Shown: piece after piece, positions 1 through 10,121 of the stretch
Numbering within the stretch: the first letter of the stretch is position 1
How the letters are laid out: every line of letters starts with the position of its first letter
DNA from: Trueperaceae bacterium
Lineage (GTDB): Bacteria; Deinococcota; Deinococci; Deinococcales; Trueperaceae
Reading direction: 5' to 3'
Length of the DNA: 64,000 nt
NCBI GenBank assembly: GCA_965214405.1
Contig: OZ243956.1
Span: 2,464,001 to 2,528,000 of the forward strand
The notes under the pieces: generated by a model
What the model was told of the DNA's origin: nothing
Seen by the model: the letters and a program-made list of their open reading frames with translations, nothing else
The model's database searches: none
Made by a program: the position numbers and the translations under genes

Positions 1-1200
1 ACCTTTATCGACATTTCGCTCTCGCAGCCGGGCGGCTCCTCGGGCTACCTCAACCAGTTCGTGCCCCAGCAGCGCCTTTTCAGCTTTGAGGGCGGCCCGA
101 CCGAGGTGCCCCTTTCCGCCACCGGCTTTAACAACGCCACCACGCTGCACGTGATCGGCTACGACCTCAACCAGAACCGCACCGAGCTGATTCGCTACGT
201 GACGGTCAACTCGAACGCGAACGCGAGCGCCGACCTTGGCGACGTCGAAGACTTGTTCGCGCAAGCCGTGACCTTTGGCGACACGGGCGTGTTCGGCACC
301 CAGAGCGTGAGCGCGCAGGGCGCTGGCTCAGAGGGTATCGGCTTAGGTGAGGTTGTGGGACCGACGGCGCAGGACTTGCTCGAGGCCGCCCAAACGGGCA
401 ACCTTGACACGCTGCGCGAGAGGGCCGAGGCGCTGCAAAACCCTGGGCTTTCCCCCCAAGGCTTCTTGGATGAAGCGGTTACTTGGGTGGACTTAACCTA
501 CGAATACAACTTCACCGAGGCCGACTTTCCCGCCGCCTTTGAGGTGTTCCGCCAGTTAGAGGGCGAGAGCGACTTCCGCTCCATCGGCCGTGTGAGCCTC
601 GGTCAGGCGTACATTGGCGACTTCTTCGACGCTCAGGGCCAAGTCAATGAGAACGCGCAGGCTCCCTTCTTGTTCGGCTTCCGCGACGCCTCGCCCGCGG
701 TGCAGTCGGGCTTGACCGCCACCTACCGCGTCGAAGCGGTCGCGGGTGACGAACGTGAGGCGTCCGACACCGCCAGCACCACCCCGCTGCCCACCTTTTT
801 TGTAAACGCCGTGAGCCCTTCCAACGGCGCGACGGGCGTGCCCGTGCTGCCCAACTACGTGTTGTCTTTCGAGGACCGTAGCGACGTCGTCTTCTTCGGC
901 GTCTTGGTGCTCGACCGCGTCCACGCCGACGACAACTTTCAGGAGTGGCTCGCCGCCTTTTTTGCCGATGATACCGGCCTCACCCAGGTCGCCATCCCCC
1001 ACAACTTCAACGGCGCTGCGAACACCGAAACCTTACAGCCCTACCACGCGTACGACTGGCAGCCCATCGCCATCACCGCCCGCGCCGACTCTTCGGCCCT
1101 TTCGGTCGCTGCCGACTTTTACGACCTTTTCGGCGTCGGCTTCGGCGTCGAGGACGGACCCGTCAACACCTTCGTCACAGGCGACGGTCAGGAGGACTAG
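1..1200 (+). CDS. Secreted/surface protein with FN3/Ig-like domains (5'-truncated by the window edge), partner of the downstream S8 protease
   Basis: Frame is open from base 1. Acidic, beta-rich sequence with a 'VSPSNGATGVPVLP' Ig-like (Big_5-type) motif. Stop codon abuts the protease ATG. Confidence 0.6.
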   Translation, partial: TFIDISLSQPGGSSGYLNQFVPQQRLFSFEGGPTEVPLSATGFNNATTLHVIGYDLNQNRTELIRYVTVNSNANASADLGDVEDLFAQAVTFGDTGVFGTQSVSAQGAGSEGIGLGEVVGPTAQDLLEAAQTGNLDTLRERAEALQNPGLSPQGFLDEAVTWVDLTYEYNFTEADFPAAFEVFRQLEGESDFRSIGRVSLGQAYIGDFFDAQGQVNENAQAPFLFGFRDASPAVQSGLTATYRVEAVAGDEREASDTASTTPLPTFFVNAVSPSNGATGVPVLPNYVLSFEDRSDVVFFGVLVLDRVHADDNFQEWLAAFFADDTGLTQVAIPHNFNGAANTETLQPYHAYDWQPIAITARADSSALSVAADFYDLFGVGFGVEDGPVNTFVTGDGQED

Positions 1201-3789
1201 ATGAAACCGTTACGTCTTTTTGGGGCGCTCACGCTCGTGCTCGGGCTGGCAGCCTGTAATATCGTTCCCAGCACCCCCACCTCGCGCACCAACACCCCTA
1301 CAGTCACGCTCGACCCGACCCAATCGTTCGTCGAGGGACAACTCGTCGTCGGCTATCAAGAGGGCGTGGACCCGGCCAAGGTGGCCGCCCTGCTCGGCGC
1401 GACCGTCAACACCAACTGGCCCGAGATCAACGCGGCGCTGCTCGATTTGCCCGCGGGCTTGAGCGTCAATAAGGCAGAAGCAACCGCGCGAGCCCTTCAC
1501 GGCCTGCGCTACGTGGAGCCCAACAAGGTGTTCTGGACCGACCCCCTGCCCGCCTCCGGCGTGAACCCGGCGGGCTTGAGCACCAACCAACTCGGCATCG
1601 ACCTAGACCCCGCCTACGACAAGCAGTGGATGCACCGCCAGATGAACACGCTGGGCGCGTGGCAGCAGGGCGCGACCGGCGAGGGCATCCGCATCGGCGT
1701 TCATGACACGCTGGTGGACGTTCGCCACCCCGACCTCGCCGCCAACGTCTTCTTCCCCGGCTTTGACGGCTTCGACTCGTCCCTGATTATGCCCGACACC
1801 CCCTACCGGGGCGAGGAAAACCACGGCACCGCGGTGGCCGGTACGGCGGCGGCGGTGGGCGGCAACGACTTAGGCGGCTTGGGCGTCGCTTACGGTGCCG
1901 ACATCGTGGCCTTGGCGATCGACGACCCTGAGTCGGGCGGTCTCTTGCTCAACGCCATCGTCAACGCGGCTATTTTTGCCGTGGACGGTCCTGACGGCGA
2001 ACCCGGCGGCGACGACCGCGCGCCTGGCACGGACCCCGAAACGGGACCTTACGTCCACATCGTCAACATGTCCTGGGGCTCCTCCGGTTACGACCAGATC
2101 GTCAAAGACACGATGGACTACATGCTCGCCTATAACGTAACCTTGGTGACCTCGGCGGGCAACACGCCCACCCAGGGCTTCGCCGAGCCCGCCTGGCACC
2201 CCGGTCTCATCAGCGTGGCCGCCACGCGGCCCACGGACGAGCGCACGGGCTTTTCCAACCGCGGCCTGCACTTAGAAGTGGCCGCGCCCGGCGAGGACAT
2301 CTGGACCACCACCACCCGCAACTGCGCGTTCACCAACTCGTGCGACCCGGCGAGCCCGGAAAACGCCTACATATTCATTAGCGGCACCTCGTTCTCGAGC
2401 CCCGCCACCGCGGGCGCCGCCGCGCTCATCCTAGACGCGAGCGCGACTCGAGACGCGAACGGCAACATCACCGACATCAACTTGGACGCCGCGCAGGTCC
2501 GGCGCATCTTAGAAACCACCGCCTTTCAACCCAACGGCGGCGAGTTTAACGTAGACTTGGGCTACGGCATCGTGGACGCCGAGGCCGCGGTGGACGTGGC
2601 GCTCGACGAGAGCCAGTGGCCCCAGCCGGGCGGCACGCTCGTGGTGGAAGCCGTGGTGGCGAGCGACCCCAACATCGTAGTGCCCAAAGTGGGTCTGACC
2701 CTCGTCCCGCTCGACGTTACGGGCGAGGTTCCGGCTGAATACACCCAGACGAGCGACGGCATCCTTTTCCCGGACCTTCAGGGCATCGGGCTCTACCAAG
2801 AGGTGAACCCCGGTCGCTACCAGTTGCTCGCCAGCGGCCCGCACCAGGCTACTTTTGGTATCCCGGTTGACACCTTTGAGACGGACGTCACCATCACGCC
2901 GGGCGGCCCCGACGACGCAGAAGTCGTGGTCGTCCCGCTCGACATCACCCCCTTCCAGGACACCTTTGAGCCCAACGACAGCGTGAGCGAAGCCGCGCCG
3001 GTCGAGGTAGGCACCACCGCGCTCGCCACCCTGTACAACCCGGAAACCGGCGCTGACACCGATCTATACGCAATCCAAGTCGAGGCGGGCGAAAGCTACC
3101 GCGTCAACTTAGAAACGGTTGCGGGTAATTTCGACACCTTCTTGCGCATCCTCGGCGCGGACGGCACCACCGTCATCGCCGAAAACGACAACAACCAAGC
3201 TTCAAGCCTGGGTACCGATTCGCTTGTCACCTTTGAGGCACCCGAAACCGGCACCGTCTACGCCGAAGTCACCGAGCTAACGGGCGCCAACACGCCCTTT
3301 AACCTCTACGCGGTGGACGTGGCGCTCTTTATCGGCAGCGAAACCGAGCCCAACGGGACCGCTGCGGTGAGCGGCACCACCATCGACGCCGTCGATCTCA
3401 GCGCGGCCCAGAGCGTGCCCCTCGGGGTGGCGTTAGACGCCGCCATCGGCGAAACCTCCGACGAACCCGAGACCATCGATCCCGACCCCACGGACGCCGA
3501 CATTTTCGCGGTCGAAGTCGAGGCGGGTACGACCATCGTCGCCGACACCGAAACCAAGACGAGCGGCGCGCCCGACACCCTGCTGGCGCTCTACAACGCC
3601 GACGGCGAGCAAGTCGCCTTTAACGACGACTTCACAGGCCGCGAATCGCGCGTTTTCTACACCGCTCAAGAGGGCGGCACCTACTACGCAGTCGTGGTCG
3701 CTTTCGACGCCGCCGGGACGAGCGGCACCACCGGGACCTACGGCCTCATCATCAACTCCTTTATCAACCCGCCGACCGAGACCGAGTAG
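1201..3789 (+). CDS. S8 subtilisin-like serine protease lipoprotein with prodomain and two C-terminal PPC-like domains
   Basis: Lipobox LAAC; catalytic motifs VHDTLVD, HGTAVAG, SAGN and SGTSFSSP; C-terminal repeats DTFEPND and ETEPNG. Confidence 0.92.
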   Translation: MKPLRLFGALTLVLGLAACNIVPSTPTSRTNTPTVTLDPTQSFVEGQLVVGYQEGVDPAKVAALLGATVNTNWPEINAALLDLPAGLSVNKAEATARALHGLRYVEPNKVFWTDPLPASGVNPAGLSTNQLGIDLDPAYDKQWMHRQMNTLGAWQQGATGEGIRIGVHDTLVDVRHPDLAANVFFPGFDGFDSSLIMPDTPYRGEENHGTAVAGTAAAVGGNDLGGLGVAYGADIVALAIDDPESGGLLLNAIVNAAIFAVDGPDGEPGGDDRAPGTDPETGPYVHIVNMSWGSSGYDQIVKDTMDYMLAYNVTLVTSAGNTPTQGFAEPAWHPGLISVAATRPTDERTGFSNRGLHLEVAAPGEDIWTTTTRNCAFTNSCDPASPENAYIFISGTSFSSPATAGAAALILDASATRDANGNITDINLDAAQVRRILETTAFQPNGGEFNVDLGYGIVDAEAAVDVALDESQWPQPGGTLVVEAVVASDPNIVVPKVGLTLVPLDVTGEVPAEYTQTSDGILFPDLQGIGLYQEVNPGRYQLLASGPHQATFGIPVDTFETDVTITPGGPDDAEVVVVPLDITPFQDTFEPNDSVSEAAPVEVGTTALATLYNPETGADTDLYAIQVEAGESYRVNLETVAGNFDTFLRILGADGTTVIAENDNNQASSLGTDSLVTFEAPETGTVYAEVTELTGANTPFNLYAVDVALFIGSETEPNGTAAVSGTTIDAVDLSAAQSVPLGVALDAAIGETSDEPETIDPDPTDADIFAVEVEAGTTIVADTETKTSGAPDTLLALYNADGEQVAFNDDFTGRESRVFYTAQEGGTYYAVVVAFDAAGTSGTTGTYGLIINSFINPPTETE

Positions 3790-3808
3790 TCTTTAGCGTC
3801 TCACCTTG

Positions 3809-3844
3809 AAAAGAGCCTCACCCGCGCGGGTGAGGCTCTTTTTT
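3809..3844 (+). terminator. Rho-independent terminator
   Basis: AAAAGAGCCTCACCC-GCGC-GGGTGAGGCTCTTTTTT, a perfect stem followed by a U-tract. Confidence 0.9.
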
Positions 3845-3910
3845 ACTCGAGGCCGACACCATGTGTAAGCGCCTCCAGCCTGCTAACATGGTAAGTGGCG
3901 GAGGTAAGCA

Positions 3911-4177
3911 GTGATCGAGAGCAAAGTGAGCAGCAAGTACCAGTTGACGCTCCCTGCCGAAGTGCGTAAAGCGCTGGGTGTCAAACCCGGTGACGCGGTG
4001 CGCTATGAGGTCGAAGGGAAGAGCGTACGCGTATCGGTGGTGCGCCCCGACTTGGGCGACGTTCTCGACGGCGTGCTGGCCGACTATGACTTCACAGCAT
4101 TGGGAAACGCGACTCACAACGACGCAACCCGTCAGCTCCGCGAAGAACGCGGTTTGGACACCGTTCAAGATGAGTAG
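3911..4177 (+). CDS. AbrB/MazE-family antitoxin (VapB-like)
   Basis: N-terminal SKYQLTLPAEVRKALGVKPGD AbrB motif, directly upstream of a PIN gene. Confidence 0.88.
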   Translation: MIESKVSSKYQLTLPAEVRKALGVKPGDAVRYEVEGKSVRVSVVRPDLGDVLDGVLADYDFTALGNATHNDATRQLREERGLDTVQDE

Positions 4178-4183
4178 CCCCGG

Positions 4184-4594
4184 ATGATCAGCGTTGACAC
4201 GAACATCATTCTGTCAGCCCTAAACCGCTTCGACGTCAACCATCAGCGCGCCAGGGAGCATCTAGTAAGACTTGGGGCGTCCGAGGTGTTGCTCATCTCT
4301 CCCGTCGTCTACGCTGAGCTTATGGCCTCGTCTGAGCGGGAGGGCGTCAGGGCTTTTCTGGAGCGCGCCGATATCCCTGTTCTTTGGGACACGCCGCCGA
4401 GCGTTTGGGCGCGGTCAGGTTCGGCTTTTGGCGCGTACGCAGTGTAGCGGCGCGGGGGAAGCTTGCCGCGCCGCATCGTCGCGGATTTTGTGATTGCCGC
4501 GCACGCAGAGCATCACAAGCTGGGTGTGCTCACCTTTGACGACACAGTGTACAAAGCGGTGTTCCCGGAGCTGACCCTGTTGGGTACGTACTGA
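4184..4594 (+). pseudogene. VapC/PIN toxin with an in-frame TAG at 4445-4447
   Basis: Starts with ISVDTNII. After the TAG the same frame continues RRGGSLPRRIVADFVIAAHA...VLTFD (PIN C-terminal motifs) to TGA at 4592-4594. Confidence 0.88.
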
Positions 4595-4836
4595 AACTTC
4601 TGCGGTTTCTATGGTTGTCCACCGTTATACACCCCAAAAGGGTTTACTAACGCGACTCATCGCCGGTTAATTAAATGGGGCTCGAGCCTCCAGCCAAGAA
4701 CTCCGGCTCGAGGACGCTCTACCTCCACCCCCTCCTTCACCTTTTCCTTTCGTCCGCCTTTTGTCAGGTGACAAAGTTGTATGAACGCGCCCTCGAGAGC
4801 TGACACAAGGCTGACATACTGATAAACTACCCTCTC

Positions 4837-5718
4837 ATGGGCGTTCTCAAAGCCCTCCTCCGCCGCCTCTCCTGGCGGCTTCTCCTCTACTGGGGTCTCC
4901 TCGCGGGCGGGCTCTGGGCGTTCGTCGAACTCGCCGACAATGTTTACGAAAAAGACGGCTTCTTTTTTGACGCGCCCATCCTCGACTGGTTCTATACGCT
5001 TATCAACCCAACCCTAACAAGCCTCGCCGTGGCGCTCAGCACCCTCGGCGGTGTGGAGGTGATGATCGGGTTGTCGGTGTTGGTGGCGGTTGGGCTGTGG
5101 TGGGTCTCGAGGCGTGAAGCGCTCTTCTTCGCCTTTGCAATGGGCGGCGCGTCCATTATCATGGTTGCGACCAAATACATTTTCGGCCGCCCCCGCCCCG
5201 AACTCTTCCCCGACGTGAACTTTTGGACAACGGCCTCGCCCTCGTTCCCGAGCGGTCACGCTACGGGCAGCATGGCGTTTTTTCTCACCGTTTACCTCGT
5301 GGTCATGCACCTCGCGCCGCGCTGGCGCGTGCTAGTGGGTGTCCTCGGAACCGTGATGGTGTTAAGCATCAGCGCCTCGAGGCTCTACTTGCAAGTCCAT
5401 TATCCTTCAGACATCTTGGCGGGGCTCTCGCTGGGCGCGGCCTGGGTGCTGGGCGTGAACGCCTTTTACACCTTTCACACCCGCGACCGCTCGCACCACA
5501 CCGTGCTCCTCACGCTGCCGACTGACCTCGTTGAAAGCTACCGCGAGGAGGCGCGGCGGCGCAACGAAGAGGAGGGCGAGGTTGTTGCCGAGGCGTTGCG
5601 CGCCCGTTTTCATACGGTTGTTCCCGCCCCCTCGACCGCTGGTCAAGCGCCGCCTAAACAGGGCAAGCGCGCGCCGCTCGAGACCCCCACGCCTCAAAAA
5701 TCCGGCAAAACCAGGTAG
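4837..5718 (+). CDS. PAP2-family membrane phosphatase
   Basis: Motifs KYIFGRPRP, SFPSGHA and SRLYLQVHYPSD; multiple TM segments. Confidence 0.9.
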   Translation: MGVLKALLRRLSWRLLLYWGLLAGGLWAFVELADNVYEKDGFFFDAPILDWFYTLINPTLTSLAVALSTLGGVEVMIGLSVLVAVGLWWVSRREALFFAFAMGGASIIMVATKYIFGRPRPELFPDVNFWTTASPSFPSGHATGSMAFFLTVYLVVMHLAPRWRVLVGVLGTVMVLSISASRLYLQVHYPSDILAGLSLGAAWVLGVNAFYTFHTRDRSHHTVLLTLPTDLVESYREEARRRNEEEGEVVAEALRARFHTVVPAPSTAGQAPPKQGKRAPLETPTPQKSGKTR

Positions 5719-5761
5719 GCGCTGCTTTTCGTCAAAAATGTGCGGCGGCTGCCTCGGTGCG

Positions 5762-6145
5762 CTAGTCCGCCTTTTGCTGATGATACTCGGAAATGTCCTC
5801 GTATACCCTGTCAGGAAAATCCAAATCTTGGTACACGTTACCCGCGTCGGGGTCGTCGGTGTCGGGCAAAATCGGGAAATCCTGCTGCTCCTGGTAGCCC
5901 AGAATGGTGTCGCGGCGCGGCGGGTTGTAGTCTTTCTCCTGCACCTGCTGGACCAGCCCGCGCGCCTGTTCCTCGCTAAAGTCTTCATCCTTTTGCAGGG
6001 TGTCCACCAACTCGTCTTCGCTCATAAAATGCCGCGCGATGATGGCGAACACCAGGCGACCATAATGACCGATATCTTTGCCTTCGTCGAGCGCGTCCAA
6101 AAGGTGCGCCATCATGCCGTTCTTCCGTAAGTCTTCGACTGCCAT
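5762..6145 (-). CDS. Hypothetical protein
   Basis: RBS AAGGAG before ATG at 6145; protein-like composition (DIGHYGRLVF...DYNPPRR). Confidence 0.7.
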   Translation of the reverse strand: MAVEDLRKNGMMAHLLDALDEGKDIGHYGRLVFAIIARHFMSEDELVDTLQKDEDFSEEQARGLVQQVQEKDYNPPRRDTILGYQEQQDFPILPDTDDPDAGNVYQDLDFPDRVYEDISEYHQQKAD

Positions 6146-6308
6146 GTCCGTCTCCTTAGTCAAAAAGATGGGTACAAAGAGCGTGTCTCTCTGTCTCTGT
6201 CAAGCATACCTTAATATATAAGGTGTTTTGAGGCTTTGGTTACACAAATGCTGCTAAGGTGCTGTCCCCTCGAGCATAAAGACAGAAACTTGAAGAAAGG
6301 CGGAGCGT

Positions 6309-6698
6309 GTGGATAATTTGGTGAACCGGTGGCGCGCTTCAGATGTTACTGAATTGGACTATTCAGCAACTGAAGGATGCGCGTCTCTCAAGTTGTTCTC
6401 GCTGGAAGAGGCGTGCTGGACTGGCGTTGCGCTCGAGGACGTTTTGCTGTTCAACATGTCAAATCTACCCGGAGAGATGGAGCCTACCTTCGTTGCCGAT
6501 GTGACTATTTATAGCCTGACGAAAAGTCGTGTCATCCATGCGTTGAGAAGCTGCGGTTACGGCTGGCGTGATGTCGGAACGTTCCCTGATTCAGCTTATT
6601 TGGTCCATATAGAAGGAGGAGTCGTGGTCGACATTATCGCAAGCAATATGAGTGTCAAGAGATTTGCAAAAGCTCCTGACAGCACACCCATAAATTAA
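6309..6698 (+). CDS. Hypothetical protein, lower GC
   Basis: 129-aa ORF in an AT-richer patch; no recognised motif. Confidence 0.5.
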   Translation: MDNLVNRWRASDVTELDYSATEGCASLKLFSLEEACWTGVALEDVLLFNMSNLPGEMEPTFVADVTIYSLTKSRVIHALRSCGYGWRDVGTFPDSAYLVHIEGGVVVDIIASNMSVKRFAKAPDSTPIN

Positions 6699-7174
6699 AA
6701 CGAGTACCGGTAGCCCACGCTCAGACGGCCATAGAACGGAAAAATCATGCCCAGTTCGTCGGTGCCGTAGACCGGAAAGAAGGGATAAAAACCGAAGGAG
6801 CTGTCAATCGTAATACCGCTTCTGCTGCTTACAGGAACGTCCCCTCCAATAACGAGGTTGGGGCCGAAGGCGATGAAGGACAGATCACCTATCGCGCCCG
6901 CGCCCAAGCCGAGGTAGAAATCCAACTACCGCCCCGTGCTCAGCAGCATGTCCGCGCTCACCAAGAAACCGCCCCCGTAAACGTAAGACCCCAGCAGGCG
7001 ACCGTGGAGGCGTCTGGCAAGCAGGTCGTAATGGCCCACTTGAGCGTCGAGGGAGGTGAGGCCGACGCCGACGCCAAACCAATTGTTCGGCGAGTCCGTG
7101 ACCTCCTGCGCCGGAGCAGCGTGAACGAGCAGCATCGTAAGAAGGACGGCCAAAAGAACTTTTTTCTTTTTCAT
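6695..7174 (-). pseudogene. Small outer-membrane beta-barrel-like protein interrupted by an in-frame TAG (6926-6928)
   Basis: ORFs 6926-7174 and 6695-6925 share one frame. Signal peptide at the start, amphipathic strands (FYLGLGAG) and a terminal 'SVGYRYSF' beta-signal. Confidence 0.75.
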
Positions 7175-7281
7175 GAGGCAGAATACGACGGCGGGGCTCG
7201 CGCCCTCAAGATGTGTAGTTTTTGTTGGTGGCTTTTGTTAAGGCTTTGTGAGGACATCCGCTTGTGCGTTTCCCAAAAAGC

Positions 7282-7314
7282 AAAAAGGGCTGAGTTCACT
7301 CTCGCCTCAGCCCC
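7282..7314 (-). terminator. Terminator downstream of lpdA
   Basis: GGGCTGAG/CTCAGCCC stem followed by a U-tract on the minus strand. Confidence 0.7.
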
Positions 7315-7337
7315 TACTACGCTTTGCTGCTGGATGA

Positions 7338-8723
7338 TTAGATGTGGATGGCCCGACCTTCCACAGCCAGAGCCGCCTCTTTCACCGCTTCAGCGAGGGT
7401 TGGGTGGGCGTGGCTCGAGCGCGCAATATCTTCCGAACTCGCGCCGAACTCCACCGCCACCGCCGCCTCGGCGATGAGATCGCCCGCCCTTGCGCCAATA
7501 ATGTGAATGCCCAAAACCCGGTCGGTCTCGGCGTCGGCCAAAACCTTGACCTTGCCCTCGGGATGCCCAAGCGACTTCGCGCGCCCGTTGGCCTGAAACG
7601 GAAACACGCCCTTCTTAAACGCCACGCCCTCGGCCTCGAGTTCTTCTTCGGTCTTGCCCACCGAGGCAATCTCCGGCTCCGTATAGGCGACCGCCGGAAT
7701 CGCGCCGTAGTTCACATGAACGTAGCCGCCCGCGACGCCCTCAACGCAGGCGATACCTTCCTCTTCACCCTTGTGCGCGAGCATGGGACCGCGAATCACG
7801 TCGCCGATGGCGTAAATCCCGTCCACCGCCGTTTTGAAGCGGTCATCTACGGGGACGCGGCCACGCTCGTCAAGCTCGAGCCCGACAGACTCCAACCCCA
7901 GCCCGTCCGTGTTCGGCTTGCGCCCCACCGCCACCAGCACCCGGTCGCAGGTGATGGGCTCCTGGCCCTCCACCTCGACGGTACACACGTTGCCCTCGGC
8001 CTTGGCAGAGGTGACTTTGGCTCCTAAGCGGAACTCGAGCCCCTGCTTCTTGAAAATCTTGAGCGCTTCCTTGGCGATTTCCGCGTCCATCCCCGGCAAG
8101 ATGCGGTCGAGATATTCCAAGACCGTCACTTTCGCGCCCAGCCGCTTCCAGACCGAGCCGAGTTCCAAACCGATATAGCCCGCGCCGATGACCACCAAGT
8201 GCTCCGGCACCTCGCCATAGTCAAGCGCCTCGGTCGAGGTGCCGACACGGTCGCCGTCGAGTTCCACCCCCGGCAACGACGCCACCTTGGAACCCGTGGC
8301 GATGATGATGTTCTCAGCGGTAAGTTCGGTGTCGCCGTCCTCACCGTGGACCGTCACACGGCCCTCTCCCGTGATTTCCCCCACGCCCTGATAGCGCGTG
8401 ATTTTGTTCTTCTTAAAAAGGAACGCCACGCCGTCGGTGAGGCTTTTGACCACTTTGTCTTTGCGCCCGAGCATCTTACCAAGGTCAAGCGTGACGCCCT
8501 CGACCCCGATGCCGTGCTCCTTGAATGATTCCTGCACCTCGTAAAACCGCTCGCTCGACTCTAACAGCGCCTTGCTGGGGATGCAGCCGACCCGCAAGCA
8601 GGTGCCGCCCAACTGGTCGTTTTTGTCAATCGAGGCGACGTTCATCCCGAGCTGCGCCGCGCGGATCGCCGCGACGTAGCCGCCGGGACCCGCGCCGATA
8701 ACGATGAGGTCGTGTTTAGCCAT
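7338..8723 (-). CDS. lpdA: Dihydrolipoyl dehydrogenase (E3)
   Basis: GAGPGGYVAAIRAAQ, GGTCLRVGCIPSK and HPTLAE motifs; RBS AGGAG before ATG at 8723. Confidence 0.97.
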   Translation of the reverse strand: MAKHDLIVIGAGPGGYVAAIRAAQLGMNVASIDKNDQLGGTCLRVGCIPSKALLESSERFYEVQESFKEHGIGVEGVTLDLGKMLGRKDKVVKSLTDGVAFLFKKNKITRYQGVGEITGEGRVTVHGEDGDTELTAENIIIATGSKVASLPGVELDGDRVGTSTEALDYGEVPEHLVVIGAGYIGLELGSVWKRLGAKVTVLEYLDRILPGMDAEIAKEALKIFKKQGLEFRLGAKVTSAKAEGNVCTVEVEGQEPITCDRVLVAVGRKPNTDGLGLESVGLELDERGRVPVDDRFKTAVDGIYAIGDVIRGPMLAHKGEEEGIACVEGVAGGYVHVNYGAIPAVAYTEPEIASVGKTEEELEAEGVAFKKGVFPFQANGRAKSLGHPEGKVKVLADAETDRVLGIHIIGARAGDLIAEAAVAVEFGASSEDIARSSHAHPTLAEAVKEAALAVEGRAIHI

Positions 8724-8894
8724 TTTGACTCCTAACTGCTCTGAAACCACGCTTAAGTCCGCTCGAGGCGGACATCATCTTTCAAACGTTGTTCTGGACG
8801 GTTCTTCAAAAGCGAATCCCGCTCGATTGGGATGTTACCTTCTATAAATTTTATAACGCCCGCGCCTTTGCAGATGTCAAGCCCCCTGCAAAGA

Positions 8895-10121
8895 CAGGCT
8901 TTTATCATCACACCTCTCCTAAGAGAGCGAGGAGCAAATGGGGCTGCGCACTGCACCGCCTGGCCTGGCGCAAGACCTGCTCAGGGCCGTTGAGATGAAA
9001 CAGACTTAAGATAAGGTTGCGCAAAGCGGCGAAGGCTTGTGCCGCTTTACGCGTGCGGCAGGCATCCTCGCGCCAGACGGTGTCACGTTTATGATGAGAG
9101 CGGTTTTCAATTTCCCAGTGACCCCGCCAGTGAGTGTAAAGCACCTCGGCTGAAGCGCAGCAACTCGTGATGGCGTACTCGGTTTCTTGAAACCGGATTT
9201 CTCCGGTGTCCTTACGCACCACGGTGCGTTTGCAACGGAGGAACTGTTTGACTCCAGGAAAGGCGTTGGTCACTTCGGCTGTAGCGGAGCGCGTTTCAAG
9301 CTCGCGTATCCACAGTTCGCCACTTCTTACTTCGTCGGTTTCAAAAGTTGTATCCGCTTTACAACGCTCTAGGCTAAAGGTCCACTCGGCGTAGCTTTTG
9401 ACCTCGGTCAGATTGTCTTTAAGGTCAAGTAGATACACCCCGTTCTTTGCCAGTACGGCTTCTACCAAAGGTTTTTCAGCAAAGGCGGCGTCGCCCGTAA
9501 ACAGCCAGGGTATTCCCTCCAGCCCTTCAAGCCGGGCCAGTAGCTTGTTTCCTGCTACCGCTTCGTCTCCTTTTACCCGCCCTTGCAGCAGCGTCAGACC
9601 CAACTTATGTACAAAGCATGACAGCAGATGCACCGCTCTATCCCCGCGGCGACTGCGTTTACTCCCCCTTACCTGTTTGCCGTCCATGCTGACACGCACC
9701 ATCTCACCGGGCGGGTGCCGTTCCTTAAGAACGTCGGCGGCCCACCAATGTAGTGCACGCTCTAAACCTTCGATACCCGCCTCCAGCATCCAGAAGAAAC
9801 GGTAAACTGTCGCTTGCGAAGGAAGTCGCTGGCGTCCCTGCCGATCCCTAAAGCCCAACGCGAACAAGTCCTCCTGATGGTCATGAATCCACCCGCTCAC
9901 CGCCAGCACGTTCTCTGACCTAGCCCCAACGGCCATAAGCACGAGCTTTACAAGCATCTCGAAGCTGTAGTCGCACCGCTCCTCCAGCCGTTTATCCAGC
10001 GTCTTTACCACATAGAACAAGGGGCTTGGTATCTTCTCTTGATGCGCAGTCGTGGTTGGTCCCATAACTGCGCATCGTTCTCTTTATCTTTGGGTTCGTC
10101 AACCCTGGTGATAAAAGCCTG
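8895..10121 (-). mobile_element. ISAs1-family insertion sequence, 1227 bp
   Basis: 13-bp terminal inverted repeats CAGGCTTTTATCA; 9-bp direct repeat CTGCAAAGA at 8886-8894 and 10122-10130. Confidence 0.93.
8908..10065 (-). CDS. ISAs1 DDE transposase
   Basis: MDGKQVRGS, TGDAAF, LKDN and RGHWEIENRSHHKRDTVWRED family motifs. Confidence 0.93.
   Translation of the reverse strand: MGPTTTAHQEKIPSPLFYVVKTLDKRLEERCDYSFEMLVKLVLMAVGARSENVLAVSGWIHDHQEDLFALGFRDRQGRQRLPSQATVYRFFWMLEAGIEGLERALHWWAADVLKERHPPGEMVRVSMDGKQVRGSKRSRRGDRAVHLLSCFVHKLGLTLLQGRVKGDEAVAGNKLLARLEGLEGIPWLFTGDAAFAEKPLVEAVLAKNGVYLLDLKDNLTEVKSYAEWTFSLERCKADTTFETDEVRSGELWIRELETRSATAEVTNAFPGVKQFLRCKRTVVRKDTGEIRFQETEYAITSCCASAEVLYTHWRGHWEIENRSHHKRDTVWREDACRTRKAAQAFAALRNLILSLFHLNGPEQVLRQARRCSAQPHLLLALLGEV

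Noticed and set aside
6248..6316. Possible toxin C-terminal remnant (LEHKDRNLKKGG) before a putative immunity gene
   Set aside because: Too short to support; no recognisable family motif.
4445..6928. Amber (TAG) recoding suggested by two in-frame TAGs
   Set aside because: Many intact genes here end at TAG at expected positions (1200, 3789, potD, nadE, ansA), and no pyl or suppressor machinery is visible.
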